Assembly: GCA_965204345.1 (NCBI GenBank)
Contig: OZ241981.1
Span: forward strand, 1,728,001-1,792,000
Direction: 5' to 3'
Origin: Nitrosopumilus sp.
GTDB taxonomy: Archaea; Thermoproteota; Nitrososphaeria; Nitrososphaerales; Nitrosopumilaceae
Length of the DNA stretch: 64,000 bases
Shown here: one piece after another, positions 27,175-46,103 of the stretch
Layout: the number at the start of each line of letters is the position of its first letter
How positions within the stretch are numbered: the stretch's first letter is position 1
The notes under the pieces: model-generated
Databases searched by the model: none
Told to the model about the DNA's origin: nothing
The model's input: only the letters and a program-made list of their open reading frames with translations
Made by a program: the position numbers and the translations under genes

Positions 27175-28455
27175 TTGATGTCAAAGTCTGGGAAATTATT
27201 CAGGGATGCAAAAAAAGTAATTCCCATGGGCGTTAATAGCCCTGTTAGGTATTTTGAGCCGCATCCCTTCTTTACTAAAAAGGCAAATGGGGCATACATT
27301 TGGGATGCAGACAACAATCGCTACATTGATTTTTGCAACGGATACGGTGCCCTTCTCTTGGGACATCAAAGAAAAGAGATCATTTCATCTGTATCAAAGC
27401 AGCTTTCCAAGGGAACTCTTTACTGCACTCCGACAGAGTCTGAAACCGAACTCTCAAAACTAATCATTGGAAATTTTCCCTCCGTTGAGAAAGTCAGGCT
27501 GATGAATACCGGTGGCGAATCTACAATGACTGCTATCAGATTAGCCCGTGGATTCACCAAAAAGAAAAAAATAATAAAATTTGAGGGATGCTATCACGGT
27601 GCACATGATTCTGTTTTAGTTAAAGCAGGCTCTGGCTCTGCACACAATGGAATCTCTGTATCTGATGGCGGATTAGATGAGGTCTCAAGAAACACCTTGG
27701 TTGCAGAGTATAACAACATTGAAGATTTGCAAAAAACAATTAGAAAAAATAAGGACATTGCAGGGGTTATTGTAGAGCCAATCCTTGCAAACATGGGATT
27801 AATTTTACCTGAAAAGAATTTCCTCTCTGATTTGCGAAAGATTACCAAGGAAAATGGCATTCCGCTAATTTTTGATGAGGTGGTTACCGGTTTTAGGGTT
27901 GCACCCGGGGGGGCCCAAGAACATTTTGGAATAAGACCCGATATTACCACAATGGCCAAAGCACTCAGTAACGGCTTTACAATTTCTGCTGTTGGTGGCA
28001 AAAAGGAAATCATGGACTTGCTTTCCCCTGGCGGCAGGGTGTATCAGGCAAGTACGTTTGCCGGAAATCCCATCTCCGTTAGTGCGGCTATTAGCTCAAT
28101 TAAAACAATTAGCAAGATCAAAAACAAACTCTATTCAAAGCTTGAGAGATTCAATCTGCTGTTTTGTGCCGCATTAGACGACATGGCCACTGACATGGGA
28201 ATCGCCCATCAGATTAATTTTACAGCCTCAATGTCTCAAATCTTCTTTACAAACAAGCCCGTTGTAGATTATCAAACTTCTAAAAGTGCAAATGCAAAGA
28301 AGTTCCAAAAGCTATTTCAGGCTTTGCTGAAAAAAGGAATCTTTATTGCCCCATCGCAGTTTGAGGTAGTCTTTCTGTCTGATGCCCACACTGAAACTGA
28401 TCTAAACAAGACACTAGACGCGTATCATTCTGCGTTAAAATCGGTGAAAAATTGA
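27175..28455 (+). CDS. hemL: Glutamate-1-semialdehyde 2,1-aminomutase
   Basis: GVNSPVR, KFEGCYHGAHD, LIFDEVVTGFR, YQASTFAGNP, APSQFE. Confidence 0.97.
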   Translation: MMSKSGKLFRDAKKVIPMGVNSPVRYFEPHPFFTKKANGAYIWDADNNRYIDFCNGYGALLLGHQRKEIISSVSKQLSKGTLYCTPTESETELSKLIIGNFPSVEKVRLMNTGGESTMTAIRLARGFTKKKKIIKFEGCYHGAHDSVLVKAGSGSAHNGISVSDGGLDEVSRNTLVAEYNNIEDLQKTIRKNKDIAGVIVEPILANMGLILPEKNFLSDLRKITKENGIPLIFDEVVTGFRVAPGGAQEHFGIRPDITTMAKALSNGFTISAVGGKKEIMDLLSPGGRVYQASTFAGNPISVSAAISSIKTISKIKNKLYSKLERFNLLFCAALDDMATDMGIAHQINFTASMSQIFFTNKPVVDYQTSKSANAKKFQKLFQALLKKGIFIAPSQFEVVFLSDAHTETDLNKTLDAYHSALKSVKN

Positions 28456-29387
28456 AGTACATAGTAGGAGCTAGGGCAAGTCAGCTGTCTGTTGCACAAA
28501 CTAACTGGGTAATACGCGAATTAGAAAAGGCAAACCCTGACTGTGAGTATGAAATCAGGCCAATTACCACAAGGGGCGATGTTGATACTCGGCCACTGTT
28601 TACAATAGATCAAAAAGGAATCTTTGAAAAAGAGATTGACAGGGCAGTAGCCCAAAAGGAAATTGATTTTGCCGTACATAGTCTCAAAGACGTTCCATCA
28701 GAACTTGGTAAAGGCCTGACACTTGCATCTGTTCCAACACGTGAGGCAGCCAACGACGTATTCGTCTCTTTGGATGGCTCGACATTAGAGACCATCAGGG
28801 AAGGCGCGGTGATTGGGACCAGCTCATTGCGACGAGCTGTTCAGATCTCTAGAAAAAGACCTGATGTTACTGTAAGGCCCATCCGTGGCAACATTGAAAC
28901 TAGGATAAAAAAGGTATCCGGGGACAGCTATGATGCCATTGTTCTTGCACAAGCTGGAATATCTAGGTTGGGAGTTGATGTAAAATATGCCCCGCTATCT
29001 GTTGAGGACTTTACTCCTTCCCCGGGACAAGGCGCTATTGCCATTGTTGCAAGAACAAGTGATCCTAAAACAATTGCAATGTTAAAAAAAATTGAAAATA
29101 CTGATTCCCGTTTAGAGATTGAGGCCGAACGCTCCCTTTCTGACTATGTTGATTCCGGATGCAGATTCCCCCTGGGGGCATATGCCAAATCAGACGGATC
29201 TGATATGACTCTGAGCGTATCTGCATTTTCTGTGGATGGAAAGCAGTCCATTCTGATAAAAAAGCTTGGAGATAAAGAGAACCCCCAAGATCTGGGAAAG
29301 AGTGCAGGAGAGGAACTCTGCACGAAAGGTGTCAATGATCTTGCATTAAATTGGAGAGAAAAAGTGGAGGAGTGGAATAACACATGA
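28452..29387 (+). CDS. hemC: Hydroxymethylbilane synthase
   Basis: KGIFEKE, AVHSLKDVP, IGTSSLRR, IRGNIETR, PGQGAI, GCRFP. Confidence 0.97.
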   Translation: MKYIVGARASQLSVAQTNWVIRELEKANPDCEYEIRPITTRGDVDTRPLFTIDQKGIFEKEIDRAVAQKEIDFAVHSLKDVPSELGKGLTLASVPTREAANDVFVSLDGSTLETIREGAVIGTSSLRRAVQISRKRPDVTVRPIRGNIETRIKKVSGDSYDAIVLAQAGISRLGVDVKYAPLSVEDFTPSPGQGAIAIVARTSDPKTIAMLKKIENTDSRLEIEAERSLSDYVDSGCRFPLGAYAKSDGSDMTLSVSAFSVDGKQSILIKKLGDKENPQDLGKSAGEELCTKGVNDLALNWREKVEEWNNT

Positions 29388-30124
29388 CTGGAAAAGTGTA
29401 TCTTGTCGGTGCAGGCCCCGGAGACAGTAAACTAATTACGCTGCGTGCAGTTGAACTGTTGGAGAAGGCAGATGTTGTTTTGTACGACAGGCTGGTAAGC
29501 AAAAAAATTATTTCAATGATTCCGAAAAAAACAGAAAGAGTCTATGTTGGCCGTGCCGTAGGTGATGACACAACTCACCAAAACACGACAAATGATCTGA
29601 TGGTTCAACATGCAAAATCCAAGAAAAGCGTGGTTCGACTAAAGGGAGGTGACCCGATCATCTTTGGACGCGGTGGAGAAGAGGCAGAATTTTTAAAAGC
29701 AAACAAGGTAAAGTACGAGATTGTTCCGGGAATCACCTCTGGAATTGGCTCTGCAACTTATGCTGGAATTCCGCTAACTCACAGAAAACACGCGTCATCT
29801 GTGGTTTTTGTAACAGGCCATGAAGATCCTGAAAAGAAAAAAGAGATTGTCAAATGGAAAAACCTTGCAAAATCAGTTGATACTATTGTAATTATGATGG
29901 GCCTGTCTAGAATAGATGTTATCTGTAAGCAGCTTGTATCTGGCGGACTGGATAAAAAAACTCCTGTTGCCGTAATTCAGAATGGCACCACCTCAAAACA
30001 GAAAATGATCAAGGGTACGGTCACAAATATTGCAAAAAAAGTCAAGGAAAATAAGATTCTCCCCCCCACAAACATCATAATTGGCAGTGTTGTTGACTTG
30101 TCAGACTCTATAGGTTGGAAATAA
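29384..30124 (+). CDS. cobA: Uroporphyrinogen-III C-methyltransferase
   Basis: VYLVGAGPGD, VVRLKGGDP.IFGRGGEE, VPGITS, GIPLTHR. Confidence 0.96.
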   Translation: MTGKVYLVGAGPGDSKLITLRAVELLEKADVVLYDRLVSKKIISMIPKKTERVYVGRAVGDDTTHQNTTNDLMVQHAKSKKSVVRLKGGDPIIFGRGGEEAEFLKANKVKYEIVPGITSGIGSATYAGIPLTHRKHASSVVFVTGHEDPEKKKEIVKWKNLAKSVDTIVIMMGLSRIDVICKQLVSGGLDKKTPVAVIQNGTTSKQKMIKGTVTNIAKKVKENKILPPTNIIIGSVVDLSDSIGWK

Positions 30125-30918
30125 TGCTTGATGGGAAAACTATAGCAATCACTCGATCAAGGGATGATGCATCTGAATTTATTTCCCTTGCCCAGGAAAA
30201 CAAGGCAACACCGATTCCGTTGCCAACAATTGAGCTTGTCAGTAAGGGCCAAAAAATTGTCGATGAGTTTTTGAATCTGGTTGAAACTGAGCATCCTGAC
30301 TATTCTGTATTTTTGAGCTCAAAAGCAGTAAAAATCCTCTTTGATACTGCAAAAGATGTTGGAAGCTTTGAAAAACTACAGTTGGCAGTTGCAAACACCA
30401 TGGTAATGTCTGTAGGTCCCAAAACTACGGCAACTTTGGGTACATATGGCATCAAGGTAAATTACGAACCAAAAAATAGTTCTTCTGTTGGGGTCGGAGA
30501 AGAATTCTCTCAAATTCATGCAGTTGGCAAAAAAGCAATCATTCCCCGTAGTGGTGCGTCAAACTCTTTTCTCAAGGAACTGCTAAATAAAATTGGAATC
30601 AATGTCGTAGAAATTCATCTGTATGACGTATGTGCGTTTAGAGATACAACCCAATGGAACGGATTTCGAGAATTATTTTCTCAAAATAAGGTAGACGGCA
30701 TTATCTTTACTAGTGCCTCCTCTGTCCGCGGATTCTTTGAGATTATGCAACATGACTGTGATCTGCCTGCCTTGATAAACCGCCTATCAAAGCTGTCTCT
30801 AGTGTGCATTGGCCCTTTCACATCTGGGGAACTCGGGAAGTTTGATGTCTCTTGTGCTGTATCTGACGTACATACTGTTGCAGGTGCATTTGATACCATG
30901 AAAACCAGCCTTGGTTAA
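30124..30918 (+). CDS. hemD: Uroporphyrinogen-III synthase
   Basis: IAITRS, VGPKT, FTSASSV, CIGPFT; TAATG overlap with cobA. Confidence 0.92.
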   Translation: MLDGKTIAITRSRDDASEFISLAQENKATPIPLPTIELVSKGQKIVDEFLNLVETEHPDYSVFLSSKAVKILFDTAKDVGSFEKLQLAVANTMVMSVGPKTTATLGTYGIKVNYEPKNSSSVGVGEEFSQIHAVGKKAIIPRSGASNSFLKELLNKIGINVVEIHLYDVCAFRDTTQWNGFRELFSQNKVDGIIFTSASSVRGFFEIMQHDCDLPALINRLSKLSLVCIGPFTSGELGKFDVSCAVSDVHTVAGAFDTMKTSLG

Positions 30919-31234
30919 TTACTGGACTCAAATCATATCCAAAAAAGGACTAATGTCTTCATATTGCAATCTTTTGTGTATTCCAACCAAGAAGATGAGT
31001 GATATGAAATTCAAACCATTTTTTTTATGACCTGTTATCTCTTCTTCAGTTAAAGTTCTTTGGGAATGTGGAAAATATGGGTTAACAAAATTTACCTAGT
31101 AAAACTCTATTAGTTAAATTTTAAAACGCATGCTAAACGCTTTGTGTTTAATAATTCTAAAAATTGCATTTGATTGTATGTTTTGCTTTATTTTATTTTA
31201 TAAAATCATTAATTTTACGCCTAGACTTTGTACA

Positions 31235-31396
31235 CTAGTCAATGGATAGTGTTCCATCACATTGACATGACTTGCATTTTCCGTTAACAATTTGTGAGTT
31301 TCTGTCTGCTGTGATTATGTGGTTTGTAAGTGAATGGTCACATCTGGAACAGACACTTTTCTGTTCCACACCAATTCCAACTCTCATAGTTTCCAT
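31235..31396 (-). CDS. Small Cys/His-rich putative zinc-binding protein (53 aa)
   Basis: METMRVGIGVEQKSVCSRCDHSLTNH..GKCKSCQCDGTLSID, preceded by SD-like AAGGAG. Confidence 0.6.
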   Translation of the reverse strand: METMRVGIGVEQKSVCSRCDHSLTNHIITADRNSQIVNGKCKSCQCDGTLSID

Positions 31397-31435
31397 ATTA
31401 TCTCCTTACTGTTAAATTTTTTACACTGGTCACAT

Positions 31436-31500
31436 GGTTTGTGCTACAAACACTGTGAGCTTGTGGTCTCAAGCATTGCTCAAAGGGTTTGTGCTACAAA
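31436..31500. repeat. Two identical 15-bp boxes GGTTTGTGCTACAAA at 50-bp spacing (palindromic core TTTGT-N3-ACAAA)
   Basis: Seen at 31436-31450 and 31486-31500. Confidence 0.7.
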
Positions 31501-31949
31501 GATACGCATGCCTATATGATGTTTCACACTCCTTTTCAGGCATTATAAACAAGTATATCTGAAATTTCAGAATTAGTATTACTTTTTTATAGAATAATCG
31601 GGCATATTTTTTATGAAAGAGTTGGCAGCAATGATCAGTCATTGTGTCATTATGGCAGAATTTTGAATTAAAAAAGGCTCAAAATATGAAATCCGTGCCG
31701 AGACCCAAGGGGGCACAAAGGTATGAATGAGTTTGACAACCTAATCATAAAATCCGTGAAAAAGACAATCAGAAAAGATTTTGGTATGTTGGAAACATGG
31801 TATTTCCGGAAATAAATCTCAAAGAATTTGCTTGGAAAGTCTGTTTGAAAAACACCCAATCGTTATACTTTGGATTCTATTTTTTTACATCTATGCATAA
31901 ATTAACACAGATATCTGAAAACAAGTCAGGTTTTCCTGCAACATACCTA

Positions 31950-32767
31950 CAGAAATTTCGCTAGTCTTTGTATAGTCTTTGATTCCTTTGCTTTTCTTAC
32001 AAAACTAGAGGGTTTTGCTATCAATTCATCTGAATATGACAAATGCTTGTTCTCTCTGGGTGCAACTTTTCTAGGTTTCCAAGGATTTTTAAAAAAAGGT
32101 GATGCCCTGATGACAATCTGTTACTGTATATCCCACTTTTTGTGTTTTTTTAATTCATTTACCACAAAAGCTGTAGAAATAAACCGCTTTGATTTATGGA
32201 CTTTGTAAGATGTTCACTTGATTGTGATTTCTTATCAGCAGTGCTGCTCATTAAAACCTTCCAAATGTCTGGTCATCTCAAAATTTGATTTTTTTTCTGC
32301 TTGTCCAAGTATTAAATCCAAAAATAATGAAAAAACTCTATCATTTATCAAATGTCCGTTTTTTCCTAGAAATTTTAAAACAAACTTGATTGTCTGACCA
32401 TTCCAAGTGTTCCCCTCATCAATTAGTTTATCTGGATGCGACCCCTGTCTTTGATAATCTTTTTTGAGTTTTTTAAACCACTCTTCAATCTCTGGATTTT
32501 CCTTGATCTGTTTTTATTTTTTGATACATAACATAAATGTCAGATGCGTTATTTGCAAAATTTTTGAGTTTTTCTAGGTTTCTTAGGGCATGCTGCTGCT
32601 GCTGCTTAGATGACCTAACGCTTATGCAGATGCGGCGCTTTGAGGATTGTGCTTTTCTCAGAGTTATTTGAGCCTGCTATGACATTTGGTTTTCCAAAAT
32701 TTGTCCGGTATTCCTCGTTAAAACACCCAAAATTTTTTATTTTTATAAAATCCGGCACAAGGGTCAT
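31950..32767 (-). pseudogene. Decayed ABC/SMC-type (AAA_15/AAA_21-like) ATPase
   Basis: 32767-32615 reads MTLVPDFIKIKNFGCF..NFGKPNVIAGSNNSEKSTILKA (mutated Walker A); fragment QIVIRASPF near 32101-32120 resembles the QxxxTTHSP H-loop; many stops and frameshifts. 3' end approximate. Confidence 0.6.
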
Positions 32768-32850
32768 TTTGTCTTCTATGTCATACTGTTCGGATCTGAT
32801 TGCACTGTTAACTGGATCATCTCAGAATTAAAAAAAGGGTGCCAGATATG

Positions 32851-35800
32851 TCATCCACACGTGCAGGTGGTGAAACTGATTTTTACATCGTCAATTTGTA
32901 CGTCCTCGTTGAAGCTATCCTGCTGGGTTACAAACCGCAAATTAAAATCAGACACCCCAATGTATTCTGACAAGTCAAATGATTCTTCGTGCCATGTGCC
33001 GTCATTGCCTTCACTGTTTGCAGACCAGTCGTATATGGTGTCCCATGTCCTGCCATTATACAGCTCTACTTTGAGATACTCGTCTTGACCCAGTGCCGAG
33101 TCAACGAATCTCCAAAACGACAGGGATGCCGAAGGGTGTGACAGGTCTATTGGATCATCTGAGGTGAATGTGCCATTCCTGATGCCCTCTACAATTGTTT
33201 TGATTTCTTGTGACAGGTCTATTGGATTATCTAGGGCGATTGTACAGGAGGTCACGCAGTCATCAGCGTGCAGTACCAGATTTGTTGAGTTATGATTCGG
33301 TGCTATTGGGACTGAATGCCTTACTGATGTGGATGTTGTCCAGTTGTCTTGGTCTGTTTTAGTCCATTTATCTAATTCGTCTTCAAAGTCATCTGAAAAT
33401 ATGAGCGGGATTTCGGATTGTTGACGAGGAGGGTCGCCAGGATCATATTTTACATTTATGCTCCATTTGTTGAGTTTCCCTTTATCCCATCTGGTATTGT
33501 CCTCTACTGAGAGAACCCAGTCGCCCTTAATGTAGGATTTTTCAAGCGTATCAAATAATGGAGCAGTATACGTCTGTCTGATCTCCCTAGCACCGACGTC
33601 CTTGTTGTCATTGGCATCATTGTTGTCATGAAGGATAATCTGTATTCCGTTTGGGGATGTAAGAACTAGTTTAAGCTCATTACTGTAGGTATGATCAATG
33701 TCTACTGATACAGATAAATCAAATAACTCTCCGTTTGTCGGGATGGTTATGGTACTAGTCGTATTCTGATTTCTCGTATTGTTTGGTATTGCAAAAGTGG
33801 AGAATGCAGTTGACTGATATGTAGAGTATGGAGGACACGAGTCTGTAGGACATTGTTCTAGAAAGTATTTGACATCCATCTGGACATTGTTGAGATTAGA
33901 TGCAGTAGAATTACCCACATTGTTTGGAGTAATAGTAGTATCAGATGGCTGATTCAAGTCATATGCTGCGTCTTCATCTACTCCGTCAGCAGAAAGCGTT
34001 GCATTCAGGATTGTAATGGGCGGTGCAATATTTATGACACGTTTCCCGCTTGGAGGCACTGCAATCTCATACAAGTCTTCTTCGGTAGTGAAAATTTTCA
34101 GGTCGGTTCCCTCCATGTTTACAGATTGTACAATCAATGCAGATACAGTATGGTTTATTCCTAGGAATGATACCGAATAATCATTGTCCATGAATCCTGA
34201 TTTTACCTCCATGTGATTCCAGTCTACCATATCCAATGGGTCTGGTAACTCTGTTGTTGGGCCGCCGCCAGGCGGAAGTGATTCGGAGCGAAGAGTAATA
34301 GTTGCAGGACTGCCAGAGTCCACACCATCATGCGGTGTTACCTCAATTGTATCGGTGCCTGCAAAGTCAGAGTTTGGTGTGAATATGGCACGGGATGCGG
34401 TCTTTGTGATAAACTCGTCAGTTGTTATGGTTCCCTGTGTTGGATCTTTGGATATTCTAAATGATACGGCATCGCCGTCAGAATCTGAGGCTACTAACCG
34501 TATCACCTTTTCTGCTCCAGGGCTGACTATTACTGTGCGTGATTCTGCCACAGGAGGATTGTCCTGAGGTGGTGATGATGATGATGGTACATATATGAGG
34601 GGATTGGTGCTTGCCAGTGCAAAGTTTTGTACCGGCTTGTTTATGTTATCAATGTTTGAGCCGCTAACTGTTATGGTGTATGGTCCGGTGAGAGGGGGGT
34701 CAAACACTGCAAACTCGTTTGTCTGGTGGTCTGATGCTGCCCGTATTATGGTAGTATCATCCGGAGATGTTATGGTAAAATCCAAATTGGCAATAGGAAC
34801 TGCTGTACCATTATGATCCAACTGTTCGTCTATACTGCCATGCGGATGAACCAGCCATGACAGTATCACTTTGACTGGTTTTTCGGTGTCACGTACGACA
34901 AACTCGTACTTCTTTTTATCTGTATTTGACTCTAGATGGTTTGACATTATATGGGATGATGATGATGCACTGTGAACATACCTGAGTGATTCAGCAGTGT
35001 TTAATATGCCAAAGCCCACATTGTTTAGGATTCCAAGGGATGCAACATTGTTTGCCACAAAAGGATCCGAAGGCTGTCGGGCATAAGAACAGTTGTCGCT
35101 GGGATTGTTTTCTTCATACTGTGCAGACGTGCAAGGGACTGGACCCTGCCAGTCAGCCCCAAGAAGAAGTGCGGCCTTTATCTCAACTGGGGTCAGATCA
35201 GGTTCTGCCTGTAGCAACAGGGCAGCAGTTGCACTTACCTGGGGATTGGCAAGACTGGTTCCGGACCGAGGACTAAAAGTGTCAGCATCTGCAACATTAT
35301 CCAGTGTCTGAATACGCTGTGCAGGTGCAACTATCTCAGGCTTTAGCAGGACTGTTCCGGGTGCTGGACCCCTGCTTGCAAAGCTTGCTCTTTTTATTAT
35401 TTCACCACGATCATTTATTCCGCCTACGGTAATTTCATTGTGTCCGCATCCGGGATGAGTTATTGATTGATAAACTGGCTAGTTTGGCGCTCCATAAATT
35501 GTGCCCCTGTTTCCTGCAGATGATACTAGAACCATTCCCTTGTCAACTGCCTCATTTGTGATGAGGTTGGTTGTGTCTGCATCATTTTTATCGCAGATTC
35601 CAAAACCAAAACTCATGACTGCTATGTCGGCTCCTTTTTTGAGAGACCAGTCAAGGGCATGTGCCACGTCACTTCTAGTTGCATTAATGAAGATACGATT
35701 CTTATCTTCATCTACATCGTGCCTGGTAATTGAGGCATCCAAAAGTTCCACACCTGGAGCAATGCCGTTATGAGCTGGGAGTCCTGATGCGGCAAGAACC

Positions 35801-36567
35801 TGAGCTATATGCGTACCATGGGATGTAAAATTATGATCAGGTACATTAGTACTGTTAACGCCGATCACACTATCGGCAGTTGCAGGCTCACACGTATCAT
35901 CACACAGCACACGATCAATTATTCTGTCGTTAAATGCTATATCGTGGTTGATGCCCCTGTCAATGATTGCCACAACAACACCACTACCATCAAGATTGCC
36001 ATCAGTTGGAGTATTAATCTCGTTTGGAGTTGCATGTACGGTTCCCCTGGTCGTATCAATCTCCAGAGTTACTGGGGTTTCACCATCTCCCATGGCATAC
36101 ACCTCGTCATAAAGTGAGAATCCAGGAATGTCTGCAACTGGGATAGATGCAGTTACAAATGAGAGTGATTCTGCTGCCGCTATGTTGCGTGCACCAAGAA
36201 GATCAAGTCTCTTTACTATTGCATCCTTGTTCTCGCGCGCGGTCTCATCGGCATCTCTGTCATCATCCCCGTCATCTCTGGCCACTACAATTAGGACATC
36301 ATGGTATCGTGTGCCGTCATGTACCCCATAGTCGCCATCTTGGGGTACTTCGGATATGAGACTCTGGATTTTATCATAAAAACCGCCATCAAACTTGGAG
36401 GGTACATCCACACTTGCAACAGAACCCAATGTGTTGTTATCTGGGATAAGATTACCTGGCACTTCAAACTGTTCATTCTCATCAGTTTGGGATATGGAAA
36501 CTAGAGGTGATGTAAATAAAATGGCGAGTGAAAAAATTATGACAGTTAGCATTATTTTAGAATTCAT
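32851..36567 (-). pseudogene. S8 multidomain protease, copy 2 (signal, pro-region, S8, PPC-like, Ig/cadherin-like, P-domain, MAM-like), interrupted by one in-frame TAG at 35479-35481
   Basis: ORFs 35479..36567 and 32851..35217 are in the same frame. Read-through gives GAPN*PVYQS..GTSLANPQV; copy 1 has CAG at this codon. P-domain VSVDIDHTY..LTSPNG..GDWVLSVED..KWSI. Confidence 0.88.
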
Positions 36568-36616
36568 GAATAATCATATTATGATTACTTGTATTTATCT
36601 ATTTTGTCATTAGGAT

Positions 36617-37655
36617 TCTATTGTACGAAAATTATGTCCGCCTAAGCTCAGGCTTCAGGCAAGGGATTATTACCGTATATGCCGATCACGAATAATGAAG
36701 AGAACCAGACTAAAGGAGGACCAGACCAGATACATCATACGTCAGCGTCAAAAGGGCACAGCTGCATCTGTTCTGGCCCAAACCATGCAGGTCAGCGCAA
36801 GGCACGTCAGACGCATATGGGCAGCCTACCGCAAGACCAGAACAATAAACTCCCACAGAAAGCCAGGAAGACCCAGAAAGACAATATCATCTGAGGATGT
36901 ACGTCGTGTTCTTAAGACATATGATGAGGATCATGCAGTAATACGTACGACTCGCCACCTCAGAAAGTCATCTCATATAAGCTACCATACAGTATACAAA
37001 ATAATGAAATCCAACGGACTGGCCAGACTGTCTCCTCAAAAATCCAAGAAGAGAAAGTACGTCAGATATGAGCGACTGTATTCCAATGCAATGTGGCATG
37101 TGGACTGGCACGTAATGAAGGATCCACGCCTAAAAGGACTGCAACTTGTGGCATATTTGGATGATGCATCCCAGATGCATAACGGGATTTGGGATATTTG
37201 ATAGTACCACAAGCCAGAACACTGTAGCCGTTTTGCGCAAGGCTATCAAGTCATTTGGCACGCCAGGTCAGATACTTTCAGACAATGGAGCCCAGTTCAC
37301 ATCCAGAAACCGCGGTGTACCTGCCAAGGGATGGAAGCCCACCCTGTTTGAGGAAGAAGCCTTGGAGAGGGGTATTGCCCTGATTAACTCGCGGCCCCAC
37401 CACCCGCAGACCAACGGCAAGATTGAGAGATTCTTTAGGACACTTGAGGATGAGCTTGTACACTTTGAGACGGTGGGGGAGTTCATCGACTTTTACAATG
37501 AGGATAGACTGCATTTTTCTCTGGACATAGAGAACTGTCAGGTGCCTCTGATGGCATTTAAGGCCAAAAAGGTTCCTGATACGATCAGGAAAAGCAACCA
37601 AAAAGGGATGGAGGTGGACATAAATGACTAGCGGACATAATTATCATATAATACA
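36617..37655 (+). mobile_element. IS481-family insertion sequence with 25-bp imperfect TIRs and a 16-bp (up to 19-bp) target duplication
   Basis: Left TCTATTGTACGAAAATTATGTCCGC versus right reverse complement TGTATTATATGATAATTATGTCCGC (21/25). Flanking ATTTTGTCATTAGGAT at 36601-36616 and 37656-37671. Absent from copy 1. Confidence 0.9.
36695..37631 (+). pseudogene. IS481-type DDE transposase with a +1 frameshift at ~37170-37172
   Basis: HTH, WHVDWH (D), ILSDNG (D), PQTNGKIERFF (E). Removing one C from GCATCCCAGA restores YLDDASRCITGF. Confidence 0.88.
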
Positions 37656-37719
37656 ATTTTGTCATTAGGATTCTGCTAAGTTGATGAGTACGGCATTCCC
37701 AGTGTTAATTCTCAAGGGG

Positions 37720-37826
37720 TGAATTAAGAGTTCTGATAAGTTTTGGTGTTTCATTTCTAGTATTAGCAAGGGTAGTTTTTCCTGTCAATGATGAATTAAG
37801 AGTTCTGATAAGTTTTGGTGTTTCAT
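37720..37826. repeat. 35-bp perfect direct repeat x2 separated by a 37-bp unique spacer
   Basis: TGAATTAAGAGTTCTGATAAGTTTTGGTGTTTCAT at 37720-37754 and 37792-37826; only one unit in copy 1 (2731-2765). Confidence 0.9.
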
Positions 37827-38044
37827 GCCACAAATCACAAATCTGAGAGATCTAGCATTGCACCTCTTTTGGGATTTTTTGATGGCCAGAATATGCAATT
37901 CTTTTTTTTAAGAAAACCGTCTCTTTTGCAGTTTACTGTCAAATTCCGCTAGTCAGAATCTACCTGACCCAAAAACTGCCTTGCAGTATAATGGATCAAA
38001 AATACCTGAAGATAGCGAGAATGGCAAAGGGGGGGGAGGAAAGG

Positions 38045-46060
<8,016 letters not shown>

Positions 46061-46103
46061 GGATAGTGTGGATATGCCTTGTTATTAAGAATGATCAACA
46101 GGG

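Noticed and set aside
37146-37201. Programmed frameshift in the transposase, as in IS3 orfAB
   Set aside because: The shift falls inside the DDE core after the first Asp and there is no slippery heptamer; a one-base insertion or sequencing error fits better.
37720-37826. Formal CRISPR feature call
   Set aside because: Only two repeats and no cas genes; kept as a repeat feature and as a finding.
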